In this document: one piece after another, positions 1 to 11,104 of the stretch
Position numbering within the stretch: position 1 is the first letter of the stretch
Layout: each line of letters starts with the position of its first letter
Assembly: GCA_964016885.1 (NCBI GenBank)
Contig: OZ024754.1
Span: 40,858,001-40,922,000 of the forward strand
Origin: Eledone cirrhosa
Lineage: Eukaryota
Direction: 5' to 3'
DNA: 64,000 bases
Position numbers and translations under genes: made by a program
The notes under the pieces: model-generated
Seen by the model: the letters and a program-made list of their open reading frames with translations, nothing else
Databases searched by the model: none
What the model was told of the DNA's origin: nothing

Positions 1-390
1 GGAAGCCGGAGTGAAAAGAAATATTTTTTACTAAATAAAAACCATGGATTGCTTTAAAAGTAGACAGATGGAGCATCGAAAACTCGAACGTAAATATAGG
101 AGCGGCGGGACGAAATAAGTTCTGTAGTGTTTATAAGTGAAAGTTAGAGAAAACGGAGTTTATTTTTTTCATAAACTTCTGATTTAATATTGTAGATCTA
201 TTTAAAATATCTTGAGATATCAAATGATATTAAAATAACTGATATTCTATGATTTAAAATATCTGATATTTTGTTTCTCCAGGGAGCCTGGATGAAAAGA
301 TATTTTTTACTAAGTAAAAAGCATGGATTGCTTTATAAGTAGACATGGAGCATCGAAAACTGGAACGTAAATAGGAGCGGCGGAACGAAA
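1..390. repeat. Degenerate direct duplication (about 1-120 repeated at about 282-390)
   Basis: catggattgcttt...gtagac..atggagcatcgaaaact.gaacgtaaata..ggagcggcgg.acgaaataa occurs twice. Confidence 0.6.
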
Positions 391-660
391 TAATTCAATA
401 TTGTAGATCTAGTTAAAATAACTGATATTTTATAGTCTGTTATGTAGAATTTATTTTTCCTTTTATAAATCTGCAACATTTCATTTATAGGGAAAAAAAA
501 GTCCTTTGCATCATATTAGGGGTTTTAAAAAAGTAGAAAAAGTTATTTCCCACTGAAATCGGTGGAGGTTGTTTTTCTGTAAATTTCCCCAAATCAGATA
601 TAGAAATGTACAATTCTGGAAAGTTTTGTATGGTTGAGTAATTTATTTTATTTTATTTTC

Positions 661-778
661 AGTTCAAATCCCGCCGAGGTTAACTTTGCCTTTCATCCTT
701 ACGGGGTCGATAAAATATAAAGTACCAGTAATGTACTAGTTAATTTGCTGGCCTTGTGCCTAAAGTAGAAACAATTAT
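661..778 (+). mobile_element. 5'-truncated tRNA-derived SINE (Nin/Deu-domain family)
   Basis: B-box GTTCAAATCC followed by ttgcctttcatccttacggggtcgataaaat...agtaccag and the tail gctggccttgtgcctaaagtagaaacaatt, shared with about 20 copies in the window. Confidence 0.8.
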
Positions 779-830
779 TAATAAAAAAGAAAATTTGTAC
801 AATGATGGAAGTATATAGAGGAAGAGTTAG

Positions 831-1024
831 CCCTTTAGCATTTATGTTACTTTATATTTACTATTTTATTGTATGTTCGTAATAAGGGCTATATCTCACA
901 TAATATTGAATGTGATTTTCATGTTATGTTGTGAACAATACCTTAACATCAGAATGAGCAACCGGTTTGAACAGAAGAGTTGAGAGAATTCTGGCCGGAT
1001 ACAGCCCGTTTAAATGTTAAAGGG
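831..1024. mobile_element. piggyBac-like MITE (degenerate)
   Basis: Ends CCCTTTAGCATTTA / TAAATGTTAAAGGG; internal sequence matches the TTAA-flanked copy at 43760-44162. Confidence 0.6.
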
Positions 1025-1835
1025 CATATATGGCTGTAGAGGAAAGGACTCAATATTTCTACTTAGGAATTTTGCTTATATGGAAATTTAGTAGATTATA
1101 ATTATGTTGTAAATATTTATAACTCTATTGTATAATTCCGTTAATGATTATATTTGCTAAATATATTCCATTCCTATTTATAGGAGGCCAAATATTAACT
1201 GAAGATCTTTTTCGTATCTTCCAATTTTGTTTATAATCAGGATAATGTCAGATTGAGAAAAATAATTTTAAAAAACTTCAACTCTAAACCATTGAAAATA
1301 TCTGCAAAATTTTACTTCTATACATTTGGATTGTCAAATTATTTAATGACATAAAATATCTTGTAATTATTTCAGCTCTTAATGTTTTGAGTTCAAATCA
1401 AGTCGAGAGTCGATAAGAAAGAACCCGATTGGGGTATAGATCGATATAATAGAATTGTCCACAAAAATTGCCGGCCTTGTCCCTAGATTGGAAACCCGTT
1501 ATAAAGCATGTATGATCGAAGGGAACACTTTAAGAGTTAGGGTCAGATATTGTTCCTAAAGGTATATATTAAAACAGTAAGAATCTTAAAGGTAAAATCA
1601 AAACATTAGCTTTGATCAAACTGTTAATCGATCAATTCATAGATAAGCTAAGATTTAAATTAAATTACTAACATACTTACTGTTTTACATTCAGTAGAAA
1701 ATATTAAGTTGTTTCAACTATGATTTATTACTAAACATACAATATGAATAGGAAATTTAAAATCTAAGTATTTAGAACTATATTCTACTCGCGGTCTATG
1801 AACTATCGGAGTTTAAACAATACGTAAATGGTAGG

Positions 1836-1851
1836 GGCCCTAAAAAGGGCC
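1836..1851 (-). terminator. Histone 3' stem-loop, distal duplicate
   Basis: Minus strand reads CCAAC-GGCCCT TTTT AGGGCC, the canonical 6-4-6 SLBP-binding hairpin. Confidence 0.85.
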
Positions 1852-2018
1852 GTTGGTAGTAAAGTACAATTATTTTTAATACAAGGTGGAGGATATTTGT
1901 TCGCAAGATTACTGTCTAGGAAAAAATAACAGTAGTTTTATTTTTTAAGATTTAGAACTTCTATATTCTACTCGCGGTCTATGAACAATCGGAGTTTAAA
2001 CAATACGTAAATGGTAGG

Positions 2019-2034
2019 GGCCCTAAAAAGGGCC
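2019..2034 (-). terminator. Histone H2A 3' stem-loop, proximal
   Basis: Minus strand GGCCCTTTTTAGGGCC, identical to the H2B hairpin; lies downstream of H2A beyond the transposon. Confidence 0.9.
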
Positions 2035-2064
2035 GTTGGTAGTAAAGTACAATTATTTTTAATA

Positions 2065-2698
2065 CAAGGTGCGGAGGATATTTGTTCGCAAGATTACTGT
2101 CTAGGAAAAAATAACAGTAGTTTTATTTTTAAAGATATATTTATCAAACTTGGGTCAGTTTTCTTCATTACTTGATCTTTTGATCTCACACGATAAACCC
2201 GCCTTTGGCTTTGATGACGAGCTCGGAACCGGCCAGGCTTGGGTCTTTCGGCTGGACCTTGTTCTGGGAGTTGATCTTCTGGTCTTGGCAGAAGTTTTTC
2301 TCGTCGGAGAAAAACCACACCATGTCTGGCTCCAATGGGTGTTTCAACTTGTTGATCAGCCCCTTTACGTGCTTCAGGCAACGTTCTGAAGGCGTCAGAT
2401 CGATCATGTTTTCCTCTCTGATGTTGCTTGGTAGTCGAATCCTGAATCTTCCAATTCCTTTCTGACCTTCTTCGATCATTCTCCTGCTGACGCTGAGTCT
2501 GAAATTTCCTTATTTGTCCTCTTGGCGCGGATTCCAAGAAATCCGTGTCTCTTCCACAAATTTGGAGGTTCAAAATTATTCAGAAAATAAATAATGGAAA
2601 TAGTCAGTTTTTATGAAGACAAGAGTGACAACGGAAGTAAAACAAAAACTACATAAAATTAGCAGTTGAAAATTGCGAACAAATTCGTCCAGACCCTG
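2065..2698 (-). mobile_element. Internally deleted Tc1/mariner-superfamily DNA transposon in the H2A 3' UTR
   Basis: Imperfect TIRs CAAGGTGCGGAGGATATTTGTTCGCAA / CAGGGTCTGGACGAATTTGTTCGCAA, with TA on both sides (2063-2064, 2699-2700). Remnant ORF 2186-2479 has WFFSDEKNF (first catalytic D) fused to the C-terminal motif VIKAKGGFI. Confidence 0.8.
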
Positions 2699-2706
2699 TA
2701 ATGTAT

Positions 2707-3084
2707 TTACTTGGCGGCTTTCTGGGTCTTCTTGGGGAGAAGTACAGCCTGGATGTTGGGAAGAACACCACCCTGGGCAATGGTCACTCCGGACAAAAGT
2801 TTGTTCAATTCTTCGTCGTTACGGATGGCCAATTGTAAATGACGGGGAATAATTCGGGATTTCTTGTTATCTCTGGCAGCATTTCCTGCCAATTCCAACA
2901 CCTCAGCAGCTAAATATTCCATTACAGCGGCCAAGTAGACTGGGGCACCAGCACCGATACGTTGGGCATAGTTTCCTTTACGGAGAAGACGATGGAGACG
3001 ACCAACAGGGAACTGAAGTCCGGCACGAGATGAACGAGTCTTGCTCTTTCCCTTAACTTTACCTCCTTTACCACGTCCAGACAT
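2707..3084 (-). CDS. H2A: Histone H2A, canonical replication-dependent type
   Basis: Intact 125-aa [12 protein letters not shown]...[12 protein letters not shown]...[15 protein letters not shown]; intronless; downstream stem-loop. Confidence 0.99.
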   Translation of the reverse strand: MSGRGKGGKVKGKSKTRSSRAGLQFPVGRLHRLLRKGNYAQRIGAGAPVYLAAVMEYLAAEVLELAGNAARDNKKSRIIPRHLQLAIRNDEELNKLLSGVTIAQGGVLPNIQAVLLPKKTQKAAK

Positions 3085-3365
3085 GATTCTATAAGATGAA
3101 GTATTCGATGAAAATAAATGAATGTACTACAAGAAGTTACTTTCTGCCTTTAAATAGACTACTATAGGCTCCAGAAACTGTCAGCCGCTGCTAGAGAGGC
3201 GGAAATAACACAGTGAGCGTCACGTGACTTACAGTTACAGCAATTTCTACCAATGAAATTCGAGAGGTTTAAGTCGCCGAGAGAAAGTGTTCTGGTGAGC
3301 CTACTTGTCAACTATAAATAGAATCGTGAGTATTTGTACAGCAATCATTTGATTTAGAATCAATC
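3085..3365. promoter_or_regulatory. Bidirectional H2A/H2B promoter
   Basis: 281-bp divergent spacer with TATAAATA at 3313-3320 (H2B side), TATTTAAA on minus near 3150 (H2A side), CCAAT at 3250-3254 and palindromic GTCACGTGAC at 3219-3228. Confidence 0.75.
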
Positions 3366-3740
3366 ATGCCACCTGCACCAGCAGCACCATCGAAAGGAGC
3401 TAAGAAAGCCGCTAAGGCTAAACCTCCACGTACTGGAGAGAAGAAAAAGAAGAGGAAGAGGAAGGAAAGCTACTCCATCTATATTTACAAAGTAATGAAA
3501 CAAGTCCACCCCGACACTGGTATTTCCAGTAAAGCTATGTCTATCATGAACAGCTTTGTTAACGATCTGTTCGAAAGAATAGCTAATGAATCTAGTCGTT
3601 TGGCTCACTACAACAAACGGTCAACCATTAGTAGCCGTGAAGTCCAGACCGCTGTCCGTCTTCTCCTTCCTGGTGAATTAGCTAAACATGCTGTCTCTGA
3701 AGGTACAAAGGCTGTCACCAAATATACCAGTAGCAAGTAG
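3366..3740 (+). CDS. H2B: Histone H2B
   Basis: Intact 124-aa ORF ...[27 protein letters not shown]...[16 protein letters not shown]. Confidence 0.99.
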   Translation: MPPAPAAPSKGAKKAAKAKPPRTGEKKKKRKRKESYSIYIYKVMKQVHPDTGISSKAMSIMNSFVNDLFERIANESSRLAHYNKRSTISSREVQTAVRLLLPGELAKHAVSEGTKAVTKYTSSK

Positions 3741-3772
3741 ACAACTACTGTTTGTAATACTGCTACAACAAC

Positions 3773-3788
3773 GGCCCTTTTTAGGGCC
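3773..3788 (+). terminator. Histone H2B 3' stem-loop
   Basis: CAAC-GGCCCT TTTT AGGGCC-TACA, 33 nt after the stop codon. Confidence 0.95.
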
Positions 3789-5655
3789 TACAAACTCTGT
3801 CTAAAGTTATCTCTCCTAATATTTGCGATCATTGATTTCATTTCGATACAAATTTGAAATTAGGGGTTAAAATGTTAACGAATCATTTACTTGGGTTAGA
3901 AATTATAATTTTATAAATTTATATATAATATATGACATTAATTCTTAATAAAATTATCAATAGCTATGAATGTGATAAAGATTACTACACTCTTAATTCA
4001 ATTTATTTCTAGGATATAATTAGACTTTTGTCTAAGCTTGTACCTTGGGAAGTTTTCAAGGGGTCTGTTATCTAAGACTACATTGTCCAAGAGAAAAGGT
4101 GATGCTTTAGAAAGAAGCAACTACAGAATGTTTCTATTTTTAAGTTTGTATCTGCCCCCTTTTTTCTTAATTAATTTTGTGTATCATTTTTATGTGATTA
4201 TTAATGGTTAAGTCGACTTTGAATGAAATATATTGAGAATATACATTTATTTTGAATAAAATTATGAAACTTGTAGAAACATTAGGGAATATTTTTTGAG
4301 TTCAAATCCTGCCTAGGGTAGGTTTTGTTTCACATTTACGGGGTCGATTTAATCGACTTTGCTCTCTCCCAAAATTGGCCTTGTGTCTAAACCAGAGTTA
4401 TTAGGGAATATTTCGTTGCTATTTCTAGCAGATTAAGTAAAGGTGGGCTTAGACTTGTCATTCCTTAAATTAGGCTGCAATAGTGGGAGCTTTGGTTTGG
4501 ATTGCGCATGCGCTGTGAATCCAATTAGGCTTTCAAACCATAAAGTAAATATATGATATATATATATAGTGTGTGTATAGATAATATACACAGATAATTA
4601 ATCTCGTTTTAGTTCCTTTCTGTATCTAGATACGTCTCCCTGTCTATCATGGCTTACACTAATACTGTAAATTTTCACAACTAAAGATACCAGAAACATG
4701 TGAATGTTTGTTAGATATTTTCTGCTAAATTGGTCCAGTGTTTAGGATGTTAGTTTCAGGATTATATGGGATGATACATGTGATTCAATCTCTTAGGAGG
4801 CCAATTAAACTGGCATAAGTGTGACCTGTACACTTTTTTTTATACTAAATTGTAATATGGAAAATTTCATCAGTCTTTATTATCTCCCTTAGATAATTTA
4901 TTCACACTATAACTACGTATTAAACCTTTTTTTTTATGAGACACAGGTTTACTGTCTGTGAAACAGAGTTTACTACATGGCCTCTGTGTTTCAATTAATT
5001 TTGAAAATAGTAAAAAAATTGGAGGAATTTAATAAAATAGTTAACTTTTTCATTAGCAAACTGATGGTCTTTCATTTAATTAACATTCTTAATTTTATAA
5101 AGCTGTTTATACCAAAACAAAATAAACATATTTAGCAACACTAAAATGTGAATTTTATCTTAAAAAAAAAAAAAAATAATAATAATTACACCTCATACCC
5201 CAACTTCTCAAAATTAATCCTTTTGATACAAATCTGCCTAAAACCATCTTTACCTTCCATCATAATTTTATGTAAGAACCTTTGTTAAGTTATGCTCCAA
5301 ACACCAGCCAAATTCTTGATTAATTTCAAAATTATTTGAAAACCACAGGCAGTGTATTTATTTCATTAGAAATATGCCAACAAAAGGTTTGAAATGCGAG
5401 GACTTAGCAGCCATCGACCGACATGTAATTATTATTTAGAGTTTCTTGTCAAACCCATGTCGTCCTGGGCCCTCGGACCACCACTTTATTCAGTTCTATC
5501 AAAATGGAGATGGCCAGGGAACAGGCTCTAACACATTATCTGCTCCCCCCCGCCTCCACATCTGGGTTTATATTCGCCGAGACAATGTAATATTTGCATT
5601 TGTATTCTCGTATTAGAAAATTCTAATTGTTAATTGTAAGAAAATATATTATTAT

Positions 5656-6195
5656 TGGCAGTATCGGTAGAGGGTCGGACGCCATGCTTTGTAACAAAGA
5701 GTTACGGCCCTTTATGATCTGAGTTCAAATCCTGCCGAGGTTAACTTTGTCTTTCATCCTTACGGGGTCGATAAAATAAAGTACCAGTAATACACTGAGA
5801 TAATTGCTGGCCTTGTGCCCAAAGTAGAAACAGTTATTTGAGTTGGTACGGTCCTTTACGTTTTGAATTCAAATCTCGTCGAGGTTAGCTTTGCCGTTCA
5901 TCCTTACGGGGGTCGATAAAATAAAGTACCAGTCAGACATTGAGGTTGATTTAATCGACCCCCCCCCCCCCCATTGCTGGCCTTGGGCCTAAATCAGAAA
6001 CCATTATTTGAGATAGCGCGGTGGATTGGCAGTATCGGTGGAGGGTCGGACGCCATGCTTTCCAGCATAGTTAAGTCCCTTTACGATCTGAGTTCAAATC
6101 CCGCCGAGGTTGACTTTGCGGGGTCGATAAAATAAAGTACCAGTAATGCACTGGTGAATTTGCTGGCCTTGTGCCTAAAGTAGAAACAATTATTT
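5656..6195 (+). mobile_element. Three head-to-tail Nin/Deu-domain SINE copies
   Basis: A-box TGGCAGTATCGG (missing in the 5'-truncated middle copy), B-box GTTCAAATC and Nin core; units start near 5656, 5845 and 6021, separated by ttatttgag. Confidence 0.85.
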
Positions 6196-6478
6196 GAGAT
6201 AGCAAAAAAATATATTGCTTTCTGAAAAAGGGAGACAATTTACACTTGATTTCAAGGGATTTAATTCTTCACTTCTTGCCATTTAATTCCAAATGAACGT
6301 TTATTATAATTGTTTCTACTTTTGGCACAAGGCCAGCAAATTACCCAGTGCATTACTGGTACTTTTTATTATAATATTATGTAACCAAAAGGATGATGGA
6401 TTGAAAGAATCAAATTACCCCTTCCCAAACAAATCTATCACAAAGTGAGTATCACTTGATTTGGGGTTTTATTATACA

Positions 6479-6529
<51 letters not shown>

Positions 6530-6530
<1 letters not shown>

Positions 6531-6725
6531 CGAAGGAAGAGTGGAAAGGAACCCGGTGGACCATAACGCACCAGAGTACTCAATACTTAGGGCAGTAGAG
6601 TGGGTAATAAAAAAAGAGTCAGGACCCCGACGGCTGAGCTCCGGCCGTTTCGACACGACAGCTAGGGTTCAGATCTAGCTGTCGAAACGGCCGGAGCTCA
6701 CCCGTTGGGGTCCTGACTCTTTTCC
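6530..6725 (-). mobile_element. Penelope-like-derived fold-back element, family A (3' half of hammerhead)
   Basis: Inverted arms around about 6665 containing GTCGAAACGG...CCGTC/GGGG; (TA)n on both flanks; homologous to 24476, 28005, 28909 and 37832. Confidence 0.7.
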
Positions 6726-6959
6726 TATATATATATATATATATTAGTAATAAACGAAACATATATACTTTATATCATCTCTATTTATTTCATTATATAT
6801 ATGTCGAAGATGCAAAGTTTTATGTATAACATAAAGCAAAACATGTTCTCCAAAATATATAGAAAATCTATCATTTTTCCTGATATGCTGGTAGACAAAC
6901 AAACTGTTTCAATTGAATTTGGATTTTAAAATCCAAATTCAATAAACAGACCAGGATTT

Positions 6960-7019
6960 TTTCATTCTGAGGATTGAAAGCAAATTTTTTTGCTTTTAAG
7001 AAACCACTGGTAAATGGAA
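6960..7019 (+). ncRNA. Type-I hammerhead ribozyme motif (family B)
   Basis: TTCATT-CTGAGGA-TTGAAAGCAAA/TTTGCTTTTAA-GAAA-CCACTGG-TA^AATGGA; second copy at 42928. Confidence 0.8.
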
Positions 7020-7044
7020 TAATTGCCTTATGTTGTTTATTACA

Positions 7045-7120
<76 letters not shown>

Positions 7121-7241
7121 GGAGGTGAGTTTTATTGTAGTACAATAAAGCAATGCAGATATCGGATAAGAAGCACTCTACAGTTTGTAGGACTGGAGTA
7201 TACATAATATAAGATCAAAAGATGGTTAAAGGAGTTTCATG

Positions 7242-7312
7242 TATTTTATTATGCGCATTTCAAAAACAAACATCATCATGCAATAATATTTGTGTTTTCA
7301 TCAGATAAAACA
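7242..7312 (-). ncRNA. Type-I hammerhead ribozyme motif (left arm)
   Basis: Reverse complement of the motif at 7445-7515. Confidence 0.8.
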
Positions 7313-7444
7313 GGAGAACATGATATGAAGGCTAAAAAACACTTGTGGATAGTGCAGTTTTAAATCAACATATATTATACATGATATGTTGATTTAAAAC
7401 TGCACTATCCACAAGTGTTTTTTAGCCTTCATATCATGTTCTCC

Positions 7445-7515
7445 TGTTTTATCTGATGAAAACACAAATATTATTGCATGATGATGTTTGTTTTTGAAAT
7501 GCGCATAATAAAATA
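7445..7515 (+). ncRNA. Type-I hammerhead ribozyme motif (right arm)
   Basis: TGTTTTAT-CTGATGA-stem II (AAACACAAATATTATT...TGATGTTTGTTTTT)-GAA-ATGCGCAT-A^ATAAAATA; 8-bp stem I; palindromic stem III. Confidence 0.8.
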
Positions 7516-7545
7516 CATGGAACTCCTTTAACCATCTTTTGATCT

Positions 7546-7588
<43 letters not shown>

Positions 7589-7589
7589 G

Positions 7590-7947
7590 GTAAATATTGA
7601 TGCAATTCAATTCAAGCACTCAACGTACTTTTTCCACATAGGAGTGACGGAGTAAATATCGAATAAGTAAAAGCGAAGTAGTTTCAGATGTTCAAGTCCT
7701 TTAATAATAATGCTGTGAATTGGTACTCACAAGGGAACGGATGAAAAACCCAAAGGCACGAACTTCATCCGTTCCCATGTCGATTCAATTTGGATTGCCT
7801 CGGAAACAACCTTATTATGTAACAGGCTGTCTGATGATGTCACGACACTCGCACACAGAACAGTGTGGCCAGTGTCGTCATTGAAATATATATCACAGCA
7901 TTATTACTAAAGGACTTGAACATCTGAAACTACTTCGCTTTTACTTA
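7590..7947. mobile_element. Hammerhead-bearing element with head-to-head partial copies
   Basis: 7663-7718 is the reverse complement of 7893-7947; tail 7590-7660 carries ACTCC...TTGAGTGC on minus; (TA)n flanks. Confidence 0.75.
7826..7899 (+). ncRNA. Type-I hammerhead ribozyme motif
   Basis: GCTGT-CTGATGA-(ACGACACT...AGTGTCGT)-GAA-ATATATAT-C^ACAGC. Confidence 0.85.
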
Positions 7948-7962
7948 TATATATATATATAT

Positions 7963-8585
7963 AAAATATTAAAAAAATAATGAATAAAACAATGAAACAG
8001 TTCCTTATATTAAACAAAAAAAGTTCATTATTTAACGATCGTTTCTAGGATATATATGTGTTAGAATTGGCATGCATATTCAACAGATCTATGTACAAAA
8101 TTATACAAAATTATACAAACTATCAAAATTAAATATACATACCAACACATATATATACCGTCTTCAGAAATAATCTTTATTTATAATCATTATTTATAAT
8201 CATTATTTATAATCATTATAATCTTTATTTATAATCATTATTTCTGAAGACGGCATATATATGTGTTGGTATGTATATTTAATTTTGATAGTTTGTATAA
8301 TTTTGTATAATTTTGTACATAGATCTGTTGAATATGCATGCCAATTCTAACACATATATATCCTAGAAACGATCGTTAAATAATGAACTTTTTTTGTTTA
8401 ATATAAGGAACTGTTTCATTGTTTTATTCATTATTTTTTTAATATTTTATCTTGACTCTGTATTCCGTTTATCTTTCACCGAAAGTGATTTTTCATTGCA
8501 TCTCTTCTTTCCATGATATCCGGATTACATTGAGTTCTTCATACGGATTGGACACTACCGTAAACTCTTGGTAGATTTATCTACA
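7963..8585 (+). mobile_element. Hammerhead-bearing fold-back element (arms about 7963-8175 / 8237-8449) plus tail
   Basis: Near-perfect inverted arms; spacer of tatttataatcat repeats; tail 8450-8585 with ACTCTG...TTGAGTTC; (TA)n flanks. Confidence 0.8.
8235..8386 (+). ncRNA. Hammerhead ribozyme motif with about 115-nt stem II insertion
   Basis: TCATTATTT-CTGAAGA-(ATATATATGTGTT...AACACATATATAT)-GAA-ACGATCGT-T^AAATAATGA; perfect 9-bp stem I. Confidence 0.75.
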
Positions 8586-8606
8586 CATATATATATATAT
8601 ATATAT

Positions 8607-8650
<44 letters not shown>

Positions 8651-8656
8651 ATTCAT

Positions 8657-8739
<83 letters not shown>

Positions 8740-8786
8740 CACACACATACACACACATACACATACACACACATATATATACACAT

Positions 8787-8820
<34 letters not shown>

Positions 8821-10090
8821 CAACACACACACACAAATGAATATGCATGTGTGTGTGTGTGTATTCCCACCCACGCTTACATGTTTAGGTTATCGTCCAG
8901 CTGCATTCAGCAGGTATCAGCTATGTGCAAGAGGGAGAGGTTGGTGGTGGGCGCAGTGAGGGGGAGGAGGAGGAGGCAATACCGCCTGTGTTTATCTAGC
9001 TCCCACCACTACCGCCACCAACCCCACCACCATCACCACCACCATTACCACCATCACGACCACCACCACCACCAATCAATGCAAGACTGCCCCCCCACCC
9101 CGGTGATGGCGTTGGTTGTGGTGATGATGATGATGATGATGATGGTGTTGTTGGTGGTGGTGATGGTGGTGGTGATGATGATGATGGTGTTGTTGGGGGT
9201 GGTGATGATGACGGTGGTGTTGGTGGGGGTTGTGGTGATGATGGTGATGATGGTGTTGTTGGTGGGGGTGGTGGGGTGGTGGTGGTGATGGTGATGATGA
9301 TGATGGTGGTGTTGGTGGTGGTGATGATGGTGGTGTTGGTGGGGGTGTTGGTGGGGGTGATGATGGTGATGATGATGGTGGTGGTGTTGGTGGTGGTGAT
9401 GATGGTGGTGTTGGTGGGGGTGATGATGGTGATGATGATGATGGTGTTGTTGGTGGTGGTGATGATGGTGGTGTTGGTGGGGGTGTTGGTGGGGGGATGA
9501 TGGTGATGATGATGATGGTGGTGTTGGTGGTGGTGATGATGGTGGTGTTGGTGATGATGATGGTGATGATGGTGATGATGGTGGTGGTGGTGATGATGGT
9601 GGTGGTGGCGGTGTAGTCATTGTTATTGTTGTTGGTAGTATTGGTGTTGATTGTGGTAGTAATGGTGGTGTTGGTGGTGGCAATATCGCATGCATTTATC
9701 TACCTCCCACCACCACTACTACTACCACCACCACCACCACTACTACCACCACCAACACCACCATCAACACCACCACCAACACCACCACCACCACCACCAA
9801 CAACATCCCCGCCAACACCACCATCATCACCACCACCACCATCACCACCACCACCTTCACCACTACCACCTCCACCAGCATCACCACCAACACCACCACT
9901 ATCATCTTCATCACCACCACCACCAACACTACCACCATCATCAACACCACCATCACACCTCCATCGTCATCACCATCACCACCAACAACAACAACACTAT
10001 CACCACCACCACCACCACATCCTTCACCACACCACCACCACCACCACCACCACCACTAACACCACTACCACCACCACCATCACACCACTT
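8586..10090. repeat. Microsatellite and low-complexity block: (TA)n/(CA)n, then (GGT/GAT)n and (CAC)n
   Basis: Direct inspection; translated ORFs are homopolymeric. Confidence 0.95.
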
Positions 10091-10104
10091 TATGCCTGAC
10101 TGCG

Positions 10105-10742
10105 TCACACGGTGGTGGTGTTGGTGGCAATATCGTCTGTATCTATCCCCCTCCCACCACCACTCAATGCAAGGCAAGCGACTCCCTCATCACACAGTGG
10201 TGGTGGTGGTGTTGGTGGCAATATCGTCTGTATCTATCCCCCTCCCACCACCACTCAATGCAAGGCAAGCGACTCCCTCATCACACAGTGGTGGTGGTGT
10301 TGGTGGCGATATCGTCTGTATCTATCCACCTCCCACCACCACTCAATGCAAGGCAAGCGACTCCCTCATCACACAGTGGTGGTGGTGGTGTTGGTGGCGA
10401 TATCGTCTGTATCTATCCACCTCCCACCACCACTCAATGCAAGGCAAGCGACTCCCTCATCACACAGTGGTGGTGGTGGTGTTGGTGGCAATATCGTCTG
10501 TATCTATCCACCTCCCACCACCACTCAATGCAAGGCAAGCGACTCCCTCATCACACAGTGGTGGTGGTGGTGTTGGTGGCAATATCGTCTGTATCTATCC
10601 ACCTCCCACCACCACTCAATGCAAGGCAAGCGACTCCCTCATCACACAGTGGTGGTGGTGGTGTTGGTGGCAATATCGTCTGTATCTATCCCCCTCCCAC
10701 CACCACTCAATGCAAGGCAAGCGACTCCCTCATCACACAGTG
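10105..10742. repeat. Minisatellite, about 91-bp unit, about 7 copies
   Basis: gcaaggcaagcgactccctcatcacacagtggtgg...tatcgtctgtatctatcc recurs at 88-91 bp spacing. Confidence 0.95.
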
Positions 10743-11104
10743 AGATAACAAAGACTGTGATTTATCAGCCGGTGCGATAAAAGAAAGTCCGACCTCATCT
10801 TTTTACTAATATCCACATCCGTGGGAAAATTATGTTCACACTATATTTTCTCACGGTTCAGTTAAATTATATTGAAAGAATATTGATTTCTAATCTAGGC
10901 ACAAGGCCAGCAAATTTGGAGGGAATCGGTAATATTTGTTTTGGCGTATTAGAGAAATATATTGTGAAGGGTAAAGAGAGTAAAGAGCCCTTCCGTCACG
11001 AATGACCATGGCATTCCAGTGTAGACGGTAAAAGGTGACTGAGTTAGTCTTAAAGAAACACATTATGCATGTATATGTTAGTGCACATACTTAAATATGG
11101 AATG

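Larger units (their letters stand above)
1766..2132. repeat. Tandem duplication of about 183 bp containing the H2A stem-loop and the mariner left end
   Basis: atttagaact..tattctactcgcggtctatgaac...ggccctaaaaagggcc...tttgttcgcaagattactgtctaggaaaaaataacagtag occurs twice in tandem. Confidence 0.9.
7118..7553 (-). mobile_element. Hammerhead-bearing fold-back element in (TA)n, with 170-bp arms 7204-7373 / 7384-7553
   Basis: Near-perfect palindrome (one mismatch seen); hammerhead on both arms; unpaired tail 7118-7203 carries ACTCC...TAGAGTGC on minus. Confidence 0.8.

Noticed and set aside
2094-2573. 159-aa and overlapping short ORFs
   Set aside because: Alternative frames of the deleted mariner remnant
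4495-4525. NRF1-like TGCGCATGCGC within a small hairpin
   Set aside because: No associated exon or gene seen; a single motif is insufficient
5656-5740. tRNA genes suggested by A and B boxes
   Set aside because: No cloverleaf; always followed by the SINE core, so these are SINE heads
9054-10780. His/Pro/Val-rich ORFs, also at 20151, 38966, 39909 and 48517
   Set aside because: Triplet repeats and minisatellites open in several frames on both strands; no coding signature
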